Part shown: positions 36,673-47,416 of the stretch, piece after piece
How the letters are laid out: each line of letters starts with the position of its first letter
How positions within the stretch are numbered: the stretch's first letter is position 1
Origin: Novakomyces olei
Lineage: Eukaryota
DNA length: 64,000 nucleotides
Direction of reading: 5' to 3'
Assembly (NCBI GenBank): GCA_016906335.1
Contig: JADEYG010000009.1
Coordinates: 992,001 to 1,056,000 of the forward strand
Program-made: the position numbers and the translations under genes
Notes under the pieces: model-generated
Told to the model about the DNA's origin: nothing
The model's input: only the letters and a program-made list of their open reading frames with translations
Databases searched by the model: none

Positions 36673-39600
36673 TTATTTTCTACACTCTTCAATACGGGTC
36701 AGCATGCGCTTGTAAACTTCAATACAATCCCGGGCGGAACTTGCACTGCTACCTTCGAGCAGAGCCAGCGACTTTGCAATTCCAGCACGGTACCGAACCA
36801 GACTCGCTCGGCGATCGACACTATTGAGCGCCTCGTACAATCCATCGTACTCGTCTTGCCTGTGCAAATGAGCGTGATTCAATTTAGCGTCAATATCGAC
36901 CATTTGCTCCGGCTCCAAAAGCAATTCCAATACTTTTGGTGATGCGAATCGCACGCAAGCAATCTTGTCGATACCAACGCTCTTCAGTACCATTTTTATG
37001 GCCGTATAACCAGTCGGTTCAAACCCGGAAAGATGAAGCAAATGGAGTGGGATATCCGATATTTCAAGCTTGGGCAATTGCTCTGCCGACACTGTCTTTG
37101 TGACCCATGAAGAAGCACCCGGCAGAGCCGTACTCGCACCAGTTGCTGAGTCAAGAGAAGAGGATTTGTCCTCATCATCATCGTCGTCTTCGTCTTCGTC
37201 AAAGGGGAAAGAGGTTGAGCGACGCTTTTTGCTTTTCCGGCTTGGTAGATCATGATCCAAGTCGTCCTTTAATTCTCCCTCTGAACCTGAATCCTGAGCC
37301 GAACCTGAGCCATACTCGGAAGGAGACCCATCCGTATTATTATTATTACCTTCTCTTGCTTTAGGCGGCAGTTTAACAGCCCGTCTTGCTGTTGCTCCCT
37401 CACGTTTTCGGATTCTGAACCCGTCAAGCGGAGGCAGACCGATAGCCGCGTTCAATCGTCCTGCAGTATTCGTTGCCAAATGCTCTTGCCGAATTTCGTG
37501 CCGGACCCGTTTGGACACTGCTGTTGACCATTCGAGCGGGATGAGGACATCAAAGTTGGCTTCTATTGGCCTTTTCTCCGTCATATAATCATTGGCTTTG
37601 TCGACCTGCCCTTGATCACGATTGCCTTCCTCGTCGTCTGATACTTGAATAATTTCCGTAAAAGATTTTGCCCCGTTTCCAACCGGCTCGTGGGCCGACG
37701 CTTGGTCGTGAGCCCAAGAAGGTTCTTCACTATCAGTGGCAGCATAATCTGCCACACCAGTCTCGCCGTCTTTCGGATCCATAAACAGGTTTCTATTTGT
37801 CGCTGGTAGTGATCTGTCAGCAGGGAGAGCGCAGTACAAATCAGTTGTTGCTACATTACTCGCACTTGTGGTTTCTTCCACGCTTTTTACTAGAGACTTT
37901 TGTTTGTCTGTAGACTTTGTCGGTAAGGTTTGGGCTCTAGACTTTTTCACCAATTTTTTCCCAGTCTTGCTGTCCGCTTGCTTGCTTGCTTGATCTTTTT
38001 CTTTTTGATTGCCGTCACGGCTTTTAGCTATAGACGGCTCGCTTTGCTTTAAACCATTTGGGCTCTGCCCTTTATCATCAGATCGCTCGTTGCCCGATGC
38101 CTTTTGTAAAGAAGACTGCGTTATGGACAAGGTCAGTAGCCGCTCTAATTGCTCAAGACGGGCCATCATACTCCCCAGCTGTGATTTCAGCGTCTTGTTT
38201 TCTTCGAAAATATTGCCATTTTCTAGATGTAGGTTGGCGTTTTGCTCTTGCTCCGTATCTACCAGCGTTCCCGTCTCTGATTTTGGTTCCTTGCTTGGAC
38301 TAGTCTTGGAAATAGACGCCTGCCTTTTGCTCTTGTCCAAATCCCTGGTTTGACCTTGCTCTCTGCCTTCCACTTTTTCACGCTCAGCTTGCAAAGTCTC
38401 CTTTCGAGCCTTTGGATCATCTTCTTGAGCGTTCAATGCCGCCTTTTTGGAAGCATCTCTTCCACGTCCCAAATCTCCATTTTCTTGCTGATTTAATGAA
38501 GCTTCACTTTGAGCCACTGAATGCGTCACAGTTGCCGTTTGACCGTCGCTCCAATCGTATTCTTCTTCGATCCTTTCGTGTATTGCATGAACGTCGCCCA
38601 TCTCCCAGCCTGTATCATCTCCCGGAGGATTTTCAATTTTTTGCTTTTTTTCTGTGATTTCAACGGGCTCTCGTTGATCACTTGGTTCCGGCTTGCTTTG
38701 GCCTTTAGCTTCAGTATCTTCATCGTCATCGTCAGAGAAGAGCTGACTATATATTCCGGGCGTATTGGCGGATAGGCTTTTTACCGATTTTGGTGGATCA
38801 GGAGGTTTAGTATCGTTTTCACTGTCGGACTTTCCATCGTCCGTCCCGGACCACTCCTCATTGATATCTGCATTTTCCGCTAACGCATTTATTCCTTTGG
38901 CTAGAAATTAGCATAGATAAAAATAAATAAAAGTAAATAAACAACCGAGTCATTTGCAAGTCACCTTTTGCTACAGCCTTTATAAATTCAAAATTAAGAA
39001 GCTTCTCAAACGGTTTTGGACTGCTTGGTTCCAAAGATGGCGGATGCTCTGTATTGCCATTCGTATCTTTTTTCGGAATGTTGCTACTTTCGCCATTTGA
39101 TTGTGGATCTTTGACAGATTCCGTCGGAGTCTCTTTGTCCTTTTTCATCTCATTCAAAGCCTCCGCTTTACTCTCTACACTCAACCGATTTGGCTCTTGA
39201 ATGTCAAGTTTCTTGCCATTGACAGTAGCATTGACGCCCTTCTTTACTGTCGTATTTTCCTCACTTGCCTGGACTTGAGCAGGCTTTGTCTGAGCGACTT
39301 TTGTAGGCGTGCCTTTCGCACTCTGGCTCGGTTTGCCTCGACGCATCATATCCTTCCACGATCTTTTCTTGGACGAACCCGGTTCCTCTGTTGAAACGTG
39401 AGGCTGTGGAGCCTGAGACGGAGTTGGCTCCAACTCTGGAGCTGGTGCGGTACTCACAAGAGCAGCAGCAGCAGCAGCTTCCTGTCTTAACAAATTATGC
39501 ATAGGGAATGAAGTGTCGTGCTCATAAGCACCGCTCTCTTCATTGTAGATCTTTTATTAGACAATCACTTCTTGCAAAGATTCAAGGTAAAAGTTTCAAG

Positions 39601-40243
39601 CATGAAATAGGGAAACAAGCTTAAGAAAAAGAAAAGGAAACGGAAAAAAAAGGGTGAAAAAAAGCAAAAAATAAAAGAAGCACAAATAAAAAAAACCAAA
39701 ATAAAAAATACAATTAAAAGCAGGGTACAGATAACAAATGCCGAGAAAAGCAACTAGAAATTATTCTAAACAGAAAAGACAAACATTATAGTAGTCAAAT
39801 AAATTCAAAAAAGCACGTACATCTGGAATAACCATCCCGTGAGCCTTTATAGATTCTGCGCGGCGATCAAACACGTCGTCAGGCAGCACGTCTGGTATTT
39901 GGTCCTCGTTGCGTTCGGCCCAAGAGACAGCAACATTAAGGATCGCTGAACGTAATTGTAGAGCTGACAAATCAACGCGCGATTCACGAAGCAGGCGACC
40001 CAGTTGGCGCAGCATTTGCTGGCCATTATGAAGTTTTTCACAAAGGACATGCTTCCCCTTTCGAATTGCTATACAGCGATAGAGCTTGACACCGCTTATA
40101 TGTGTTGGTAACGTACTGCCCTCGGTGTTACAGGCTGCGCAGGCCACAATATTGCGAGCCGCACTATACAATTGAGTCAGAGCTTCATTTTCCAGCGCTG
40201 TTAATTGCAGTACGCGTCTCACATGTTGCTCTTCTTGAGACAT
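36673..40243 (-). CDS. Orphan ~1090-aa protein (3 exons): N-terminal Cys4 zinc ribbon, long disordered core, small C-terminal alpha/beta domain
   Basis: ORFs 39761-40243, 38858-39502 and 36673-38601 join in frame via GTACGT..CTAATAAAAG (~39820-39551) and GTGACT..GCTAATTTCTAG (~38964-38902) introns. N-terminal CAAC..YRC..LCEK. Confidence 0.7.
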
Positions 40244-40569
40244 TCTTCACGGCATTGGACGTTGAGCTGAGAAGGAACAGACTGGACTTTATCGTAATAT
40301 TAATTTATTATTTGTTTGATTATATAATTTGTTCGATTATATTTTTCATTGAATGTACATATATATTTTACCATATTTTCACGAGCAGATCTCATTGTAT
40401 TTTTTGTATTATGCCAAAATTGTTTGTTTATGCTGTACACAATAAATTTTGTTTTATATTCTTATAAACCTGCATTCATATATAGATTTTTTCATATTTT
40501 AGATCAAATTTATAATGTGCTTGAACATTAAAGTATAAAAGTATTTTTATTTCCATATTTATATTATTC

Positions 40570-40650
40570 TACATTTTATTGTTCTACATTTTATTGTTCT
40601 ACATTTTATTGTTCTACATTTTATTGTTCTACATTTTATTGTTCTATATT
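40570..40650. repeat. 15-bp tandem repeat (ACATTTTATTGTTCT) x~5
   Basis: Visible array between the RNase III and orphan genes. Confidence 0.9.
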
Positions 40651-40748
40651 TTATATGTCTATATTTGTCATTTCCTTTATTTAGCGGATATTCACTGCCC
40701 CTAATAATAGAGATAAGAAGCGTTCATAAACAAGATTCGTAGTCATAT

Positions 40749-43202
40749 TCACGGCTTTGGTTTAGGACGATTAATAAGATTTCCAGTCTTATCCACCTCC
40801 ACACCGAGTTCTTTAACTTCAGGTATCGCCAGCTCTAAAGCCTTCATGGCCGCTCTGGTCTGAGCAAAACCCAGGTTCACATCCTTCCCTATCCCATACT
40901 GTGCACCGCCTATACGACAGGCAATAGTTTTGCAGGGGAAAGGGTGAGGTTTCTCATGAACCTCGACATACTCAATTCGACGAAGCGATCGGGGGAATCC
41001 ACGGTACACAATTGCCTGTAATTTTTGCTTTGCATTCATATCAAGAGGCCCAAAGTCCTCATACAAACTGGCTTCTGCCCGTACTTTAAATTTCTGTACC
41101 ATAGGTGCTGATATCTGCCGGAACCAGGTGTAAGATTCTGCGTTTTTGCACTCGAGCATAAGGGCTCCAATGTACACTTTGAACTCATCAGCATAAGCAA
41201 ATCCATCGATAGACCCTCTGACAGTGGTCAGATTCTTGCGCAAACTACTGCGATCCTGGAAATCATACATTTTCCGATAAAATTCTAGTGAATAATGGGA
41301 AACGAGGTCGAATCTCATACGCTGAAGCTGTTCTCTTCGCCAGTGAGGAAATTGGTCGTAAGCTACACGCCCTGCTAGCGACATTAAGGCAATATCACCA
41401 ATAAATTCGAGTCTGTCAGCAGCCAAACCCTTGCGCGTGAGTGACGAGAGAGTGTCTTTATCCAGCTCCTCCCCTTCGTCCAAATCCAAGCGCAAAACAG
41501 TTCGAAGGTCTGTTGATTCAATGAGTGGAACATCGGGAAAGTCTTCGGATTCTTCATCTTCCCTAAGATCCTCGTCACCGTCTTTCTCCTTGTGGGCTTC
41601 ATTTATGTTATTTTTGCTTTCCACGCTATTATTGATACTGTTATTATTATTATTATTATTATTTTCAGCAGCAGCTACCTCGATTCTGACATCGGTTCCA
41701 GGTTCAAATTGCACATCATTCCCATCAGCACCACCTTTGCCAGCTTCAACAACGACAATATTATCTAAATTAGTTACATTTTCCGCGACATCTTTGGTCT
41801 CTTTGGCTTCTTTTTCCCTTCTGCTCAGAATCGAAGCGTCCATTAGCTGGTCATCATCGTCCGAGACGACGGAGGTAGAGGATACGGAGTTTGCTCTGTG
41901 TGTTGTTGCCGAAATATATACCGCCGGCTCTGCCTGCCTACTATTTCTGGATTCTTGAACAAGGGTTTGAGCACGAATAACTGCTTCAAACCCTTCCGTA
42001 TGGTCCGAAGAATGGCCATTTTCAGACTTCGAATCAGACCCACTCTCTCCTTCAACCAAGGCACCAACAACCGGCCCTTTATCCTTTGCATTTATATCAA
42101 TAGCATCTACATCGTTCGGTTGAGCGACATTTGTTTCCACCTGTACAAAGGAAGACCATGAATTTGGTAGAGCACTCGCCCGATCATTGTCTATAGTCCA
42201 GGCCTTTCTCACACCATGATGAGGATGCAAACTTCCGGTCGGGGGAGGAGAGCCACTGTCGTTTCGACCAGTAGAATCTCGACCAGTATCATTAGGCGTA
42301 GAGGCTGAATTAGCAGTAGACGCAGAAAGGCCTTCCTGGTCTTTTGCGTCAGAGTATTGTTGGCTTCTGCTTCTTCTGCTGCTGCTACCACTGCCACTGC
42401 GATCACTGATACTCCTATTTTGTGAGTATTCGGGTTCAGACTCGTCGGAATCGGACTCTGATCCAAGATGAACCATTTCTGCATCAGTATCAAAGTGCAT
42501 TCGCTCCTTCCCTGCAATTTCGCGTTCCTTGATTGATCTTTTCCGCAATCTCCGCATTTTTTGCCATTCATTACGGTCTTTTTCGAGCACATCTTCCACT
42601 GCGCCAGGCTCCTCTACAGCGTAATCCATCATTGACTCCCGACTCTTGTCTTTGTGCGCTTTGGCAAAAGTGCCGGTTTCGTCCTTGACAGTAAAATGTT
42701 CAGGTACTGCTCCGTCCTTTACCGCTTCGTTCTTTCCGCCCTTTTTGTTTTCGCTATCGTCTCCTTTACCCTCATCCTCAGCCTCGTCATCGTACTCTAC
42801 GTCCCGTTCTGATCCAGATCCGTTCTGCATTTCCTCGTCGTCCGAGAGAGACGGCTCCGGTACAATCTTTTGCTTCAGAGGTAGCATTTGAGCTCTTGCA
42901 TCAGCGCTCAATTCAATATTGAAAACGGCACTTGTTACGTCTGGCGACGCGTTACGCGCTGTATCAGATGCCGGAGACCTTTCTTGCTCAGTGCTAATTC
43001 GAGCGGTTTCGGACTGGTCTGAAGGCTTTAAAAGCCGCTCACCTATTTTGTCTACGCGCTCATGCTCCTCCTCATCATCGACAGTAATAGAAAGCGGAGA
43101 AGAAACGCGCAGCCGTTTCTGCGCTCTTTCAACAGCCGCCACAGATTCATAGACGGGCGAAGACTCTCCCGCTGCCGGACCAGGAGCCTTGCTGTCAACC
43201 AT
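40749..43202 (-). CDS. Pac1/Rnt1-like RNase III + dsRBD protein with degenerate active site and long acidic N-terminus (start uncertain)
   Basis: DRLEFIGD signature, AYDQFP, LVSH, FAYADEFKVYIGAL, then dsRBD DMNAKQKL..IACRIGG..GIGKDVN..AQTRAAMKALE. Confidence 0.85.
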   Translation of the reverse strand: MVDSKAPGPAAGESSPVYESVAAVERAQKRLRVSSPLSITVDDEEEHERVDKIGERLLKPSDQSETARISTEQERSPASDTARNASPDVTSAVFNIELSADARAQMLPLKQKIVPEPSLSDDEEMQNGSGSERDVEYDDEAEDEGKGDDSENKKGGKNEAVKDGAVPEHFTVKDETGTFAKAHKDKSRESMMDYAVEEPGAVEDVLEKDRNEWQKMRRLRKRSIKEREIAGKERMHFDTDAEMVHLGSESDSDESEPEYSQNRSISDRSGSGSSSRRSRSQQYSDAKDQEGLSASTANSASTPNDTGRDSTGRNDSGSPPPTGSLHPHHGVRKAWTIDNDRASALPNSWSSFVQVETNVAQPNDVDAIDINAKDKGPVVGALVEGESGSDSKSENGHSSDHTEGFEAVIRAQTLVQESRNSRQAEPAVYISATTHRANSVSSTSVVSDDDDQLMDASILSRREKEAKETKDVAENVTNLDNIVVVEAGKGGADGNDVQFEPGTDVRIEVAAAENNNNNNNNSINNSVESKNNINEAHKEKDGDEDLREDEESEDFPDVPLIESTDLRTVLRLDLDEGEELDKDTLSSLTRKGLAADRLEFIGDIALMSLAGRVAYDQFPHWRREQLQRMRFDLVSHYSLEFYRKMYDFQDRSSLRKNLTTVRGSIDGFAYADEFKVYIGALMLECKNAESYTWFRQISAPMVQKFKVRAEASLYEDFGPLDMNAKQKLQAIVYRGFPRSLRRIEYVEVHEKPHPFPCKTIACRIGGAQYGIGKDVNLGFAQTRAAMKALELAIPEVKELGVEVDKTGNLINRPKPKP

Positions 43203-43874
43203 CAAGCTCACTACGAAAAACGGAACAGCGAATCAGCATCAATTATCAACCCAGGCTAATCTTGGCTCATTTTACTTCTGTGCTTTGAAGACGTTTAAGC
43301 TCGTAAAAGCGCAATTTCGCCAATTGCTCTTGTCTACCCTACCATTAAAAGCACTATGATTAAAAGCGTAATACTCCAAGAAAACCCTTATTGCTCTTAT
43401 CCGGAAAACCCTAGTTGCACGGTAGAGCTGACAATCTCGGTCAAGGCAGATTGTGCATTCTGGCGTCGTGCGCTTATGGGCAGTTGCGATAACTGTTGTC
43501 TGCTCCGATGAGGATTGGCTGGCAAAGTTTCTTTGTTGTGTCACAAACACAAACGCAACTGAAGTCTAAGCCGGTTTGGAAATAAGAATTGCATTGGTTT
43601 GCCTATGGTTCAATATTGATAATCGCGGTAACCCTATTGGCTGCTCTTGGCTTTACGTCGGCATTTGACCGTCCTACGATATGATCCTGTAGCTCTTGAC
43701 AGTGCTGGACAAAGAAGCTCGTAATCATTGATTGTGTATATTTTGTATATTATTCTACGCTCTCGCTACGATCCGCAAGCAAGGAGAGAAAATAAAGCAA
43801 AGCAACACAGACACGCGTCGACTAGTACAAAACAAAAAGGAGATCAAATAATCGTACAACCGGAACCTTTAATA

Positions 43875-45830
43875 ATGGCCATGGCAATTGTTATCGCAGC
43901 CACAGCGGCAGTTACTTACCTGCTCTACTGGTTAAACAACCGGCTTGAAGTTCTCTCTGACTTGGGAGTACTTTTATTCTTTTTGTACCGCACAGACCTG
44001 TACCAGTGGTGGTACCGTCGGCGCGGTCGGATCAGCCTGTTTTACAGGCTACAGGAGCAAGCACAGTCAAGGCCGAATGCTGTTTTTTTACGCCCAGATC
44101 ATGGAGCGGATGTGACCTTTGCCGAAACGCTGGACAGAAGCACCCGTTGGGCTTATTTCTTACTTGATTCTGGTCTTAAACGCGGTGACCGATTGGCAAT
44201 TGTGTTTGGCAATTCTGATAACTTTGTCTACGTTTTTCTCGCTTGCACAGCGATCGGAGTGATTCCGGCTTTTGTTAATTTCAACTTGTCTGGTCAAGTA
44301 CTCTTGCACTGCATAACCGTGAGCCAAGCAAGTATTGTCCTCTTTGAGTCGCGCTATGTGTCACAGATGGAAAGTATTGCTAAACAGTTGGAGGCTGCAA
44401 ACGTGGAGGCAGTAGCCTTTACCGGGTTCCAACAATTGTGGCCTCTGTCGTACAAATGGCCACGGGTTGTTGATTGGCAAGATATAGACAAAATGACCCC
44501 CACTCGGCCCCATCAGACCCCAATTACACCCCCGCACTGTGGCTGGAACGATGCGCTGTGCCTTATCTACACTTCGGGAACTACCGGAATGCCCAAGGCC
44601 GCAGTAGTAGCAAACTCAAAGTACCTTTTTGGTGCAAATTTGGGTATTCACCTTATGCAGCTCGGCCGCCATTGGCCATGGAGAAAGCAAAAATGGCCCG
44701 ATGTTGTTTACGTGTCCATTCCACTCTACCATTCCACTGGTGCCATGTTTGGGCTAGTGGCCGCCCTTTTGTCCGGAACGACTCTTGCCATTGGGACGAG
44801 TTTTAGTGCTCGTGCCTTTTGGAAAGAGTGCATAAGACTGCGGGCGACTCATATAGTATATATAGGCGAGCTTTGCCGGTACCTTGTAAATGCCCCGTCT
44901 GCTCATTCTCCAGAAGCCCACCAGCATCATGTCCGCTGTGCTTTTGGCAATGGATTACGACCCGACGTTTGGCACAAGTTTCGAGAGAATTTTGGGATAA
45001 AGAGAATTGTAGAGTTTTATGCTTCCACGGAGGGAACTTCAGCTCTGTTTAATGCTTCTTCCGATGGTCGCGGCGAGGGCGCGGTAGGCCGTTTAGGCCT
45101 TTTTGGGCTTTGGAAACTGGCTGCTTTTAGTGCCATTGTCAAAGTCGATCCACAAACAGGCGATTTGCTCCGCGACAGCCGGGGACACTGTATCCGGACC
45201 CGTGCAAACGAACCCGGTGAGCTGCTGCAGGTTGTAGAGCGAAAAAAGATTGATTTCACGGGGTATTATAACAGCAAGGCCTCCACACAATCAAAGCTGG
45301 TACACAATGCCTTTTGCAAGGGCGATACTTGGTACCGTACGGGCGATCTTATGGAAAAGGACAGGCACGGTTACTTTAGATTTTGTGATAGAATGGGCGA
45401 CACGTTCCGTTGGAAGGGAGAGAACGTGTCTACTGCGCAGGTCGAACACGTAATAAACTCGTTTCCGGGTGTTTGTGAGTCCAATGTTTACGGATCTCGG
45501 TTGCCCGGATACGAAGGACGCATCGGCTGTGCGGCTCTGCCACGTGACCTGCAGCACAATCTTGATTTTCCTGCTCTTGCGCTTCATGTAGAAGCCAATT
45601 TGCCAAAGTACGCGAGACCGATTTTCTTGCGATTCACTGACCTGGAACATACTGCTACGAACAAACAGCAAAAGCAGCGTTTACGCGACGAAGGAGTGGA
45701 TCCGGCATGCGTGTCGCCAAGGAATGACGCGGTTTATTGGCTGGTTGGCCAGCCGGGTGGCCGACCGGATTATCTGCCTTTCAAGGCAGATGACTGGGAC
45801 GCAATCGCTAGCGGTCAGGCTCGGCTTTGA
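43875..45830 (+). CDS. FAT1: Very-long-chain acyl-CoA synthetase / fatty-acid transport protein
   Basis: LIYTSGTTGMPKAA, YIGELCRYL, FGNGLRPDVW, EFYASTEG, DRMGDTFRWKGENVST. N-terminal TM, C-terminal ARL (PTS1-like). Confidence 0.93.
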   Translation: MAMAIVIAATAAVTYLLYWLNNRLEVLSDLGVLLFFLYRTDLYQWWYRRRGRISLFYRLQEQAQSRPNAVFLRPDHGADVTFAETLDRSTRWAYFLLDSGLKRGDRLAIVFGNSDNFVYVFLACTAIGVIPAFVNFNLSGQVLLHCITVSQASIVLFESRYVSQMESIAKQLEAANVEAVAFTGFQQLWPLSYKWPRVVDWQDIDKMTPTRPHQTPITPPHCGWNDALCLIYTSGTTGMPKAAVVANSKYLFGANLGIHLMQLGRHWPWRKQKWPDVVYVSIPLYHSTGAMFGLVAALLSGTTLAIGTSFSARAFWKECIRLRATHIVYIGELCRYLVNAPSAHSPEAHQHHVRCAFGNGLRPDVWHKFRENFGIKRIVEFYASTEGTSALFNASSDGRGEGAVGRLGLFGLWKLAAFSAIVKVDPQTGDLLRDSRGHCIRTRANEPGELLQVVERKKIDFTGYYNSKASTQSKLVHNAFCKGDTWYRTGDLMEKDRHGYFRFCDRMGDTFRWKGENVSTAQVEHVINSFPGVCESNVYGSRLPGYEGRIGCAALPRDLQHNLDFPALALHVEANLPKYARPIFLRFTDLEHTATNKQQKQRLRDEGVDPACVSPRNDAVYWLVGQPGGRPDYLPFKADDWDAIASGQARL

Positions 45831-46559
45831 GGTCTGCAATGCAGACGATTATAAACGATACACGCTGGCGACAGTTGAGATGTGTATGGATGAATGAAGA
45901 GTCTTTACAAGGTTTGGTTCAAACTCTAACTAAAAACAAGTCATAGACAGTTTGGAGCCATAGACAGTTTGGAAGCTTTTGTGTGGAGAATTATTTAATA
46001 AACACGCGCAATTTCCTAGAATGCGGGGCCAATTTCCGTGATTAATGTCGTGAGTGGTACGGTAGCTTATTGTTATCAAGAATAATTGGATTTTCTTTGC
46101 AGGTGTAACAAACCGTAAATTGCTCTTTAAATCTCAATCGTACTTGCGCTTTTGTCGCGAAAATGGGTTAATACCAAAACCTTAATCGGTCGCAGCGCGT
46201 GTCCGTTCACGTGCAGACCAGGGAAAACCCTGATTTACATAGAACTATGATTTCACTCAAAAAGTCTCACAATGCAATCACCCTGTAAACCACTATAGAA
46301 AACCACTATAGAAAACCACTACATAGAATAACCCCTCCCAAAAGAAAACCCTGTTGGAAGAATTTCCTTTTTGATCTTTAACCGCTCGTGTATAAAGATT
46401 CGCATATATAAGGACACGTTGCGCAATTGTGACACGTGGCGCTTTCTTCGCCGTAGACTTGCTTAGTCTGTGGTGGAGAATAGCATCAGCCAAAGCTATA
46501 AACTCTTTGAGCAGACAGGACACTGCCCACATCGATCTCTATTTGCCGCGTCGAAAAGC

Positions 46560-47416
46560 ATGTCGGCCTCAACGTTGAGTCCGTCGTTAAAACGTACGCA
46601 CGAGGATCTTTTACTGGGCGAGAGCAACTGCGCTCCCTCTGCCTCGGAAGACGGGTTATCTCCGATGGACACCTTGTCACCTCCGAAACAGCGTCGGACT
46701 AAAGCGCGTACAGTGGAGGAAAAGCAGCGTAAGGCCGATGAACGGAGTGAACGGAACCGGCGCGCCGCTAAAGAATCCCGAAATCGGCATCGCGAGTACG
46801 TGGAAAGTTTAGAGGGACAAGTGAAGAGCCTAAAGGACGAGAACACCGGATTACGGAAGAATCAGTCCATATTAGAATCACGTATTACTGCGCTGGAAAA
46901 GCTTTTGTGTGGAAATTCTAAGAATGAGGCATTAGTCAACAGCGATAAAGAAAACAATAAAAATGAAGATGGATCTGTGAGCGATTTGAGCGATTTTAGT
47001 GATTGTTCCGCTTCTCCTTCCAAGTCTTGTACTTCGTCATCAGCATTATTCAACGACGATCAAAGTGACGTTCAAAACTCACAAGGATTAGGTACAGATT
47101 TCGATGCTATTGATGAGCCCCTGTTCCCTCTACCTTGCACGAATAATTTTACATTAAACGACAAGGACGTTTTTGGGTACTCGTCTGCCTTCGAAGCCAG
47201 TATGCTTGATCTTCACCGTCCTGCAGCGACGGTGGGAGCCACAGTATCCACCAGCCTTGATGGATCTGCTGTGGCCGACCGGCAGTGTCGATCGAGCAAT
47301 TCCCTGGTTTTGAAACAGGTGATGTTTTTGAGTATCCATCTGGCTTCAACGACACTGGCGTCGATTCAGTTTTTCCACAGTTTATTGGGGCTGATGACTC
47401 CTTAAGTGTTCATTGA
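46560..47416 (+). CDS. HAC1: UPR bZIP transcription factor Hac1/HacA with unconventional intron
   Basis: PKQRRTKARTVEEKQRKADERSERNRRAAKESRNRHREYVESLE bZIP. The unspliced ORF stops at 47405. Removing 47224-47282 gives ..HRPAVSIEQFPGFETGDVFEY..DDSLSVH* (stop 47414-47416). Confidence 0.88.
47203..47298 (+). other. Ire1-cleaved RNA structure; 59-nt non-spliceosomal intron 47224-47282
   Basis: CACCGTC-[CTG|CAGC]-GACGGTG and CGAC-[CGG|CAGT]-GTCG hairpins, closed by the TGCTTGATC/GATCGAGCA stem. Confidence 0.88.

Noticed and set aside
36673-43202. Intact transposon or endogenous virus
   Set aside because: No reverse transcriptase, integrase, transposase, LTRs or TIRs are visible.
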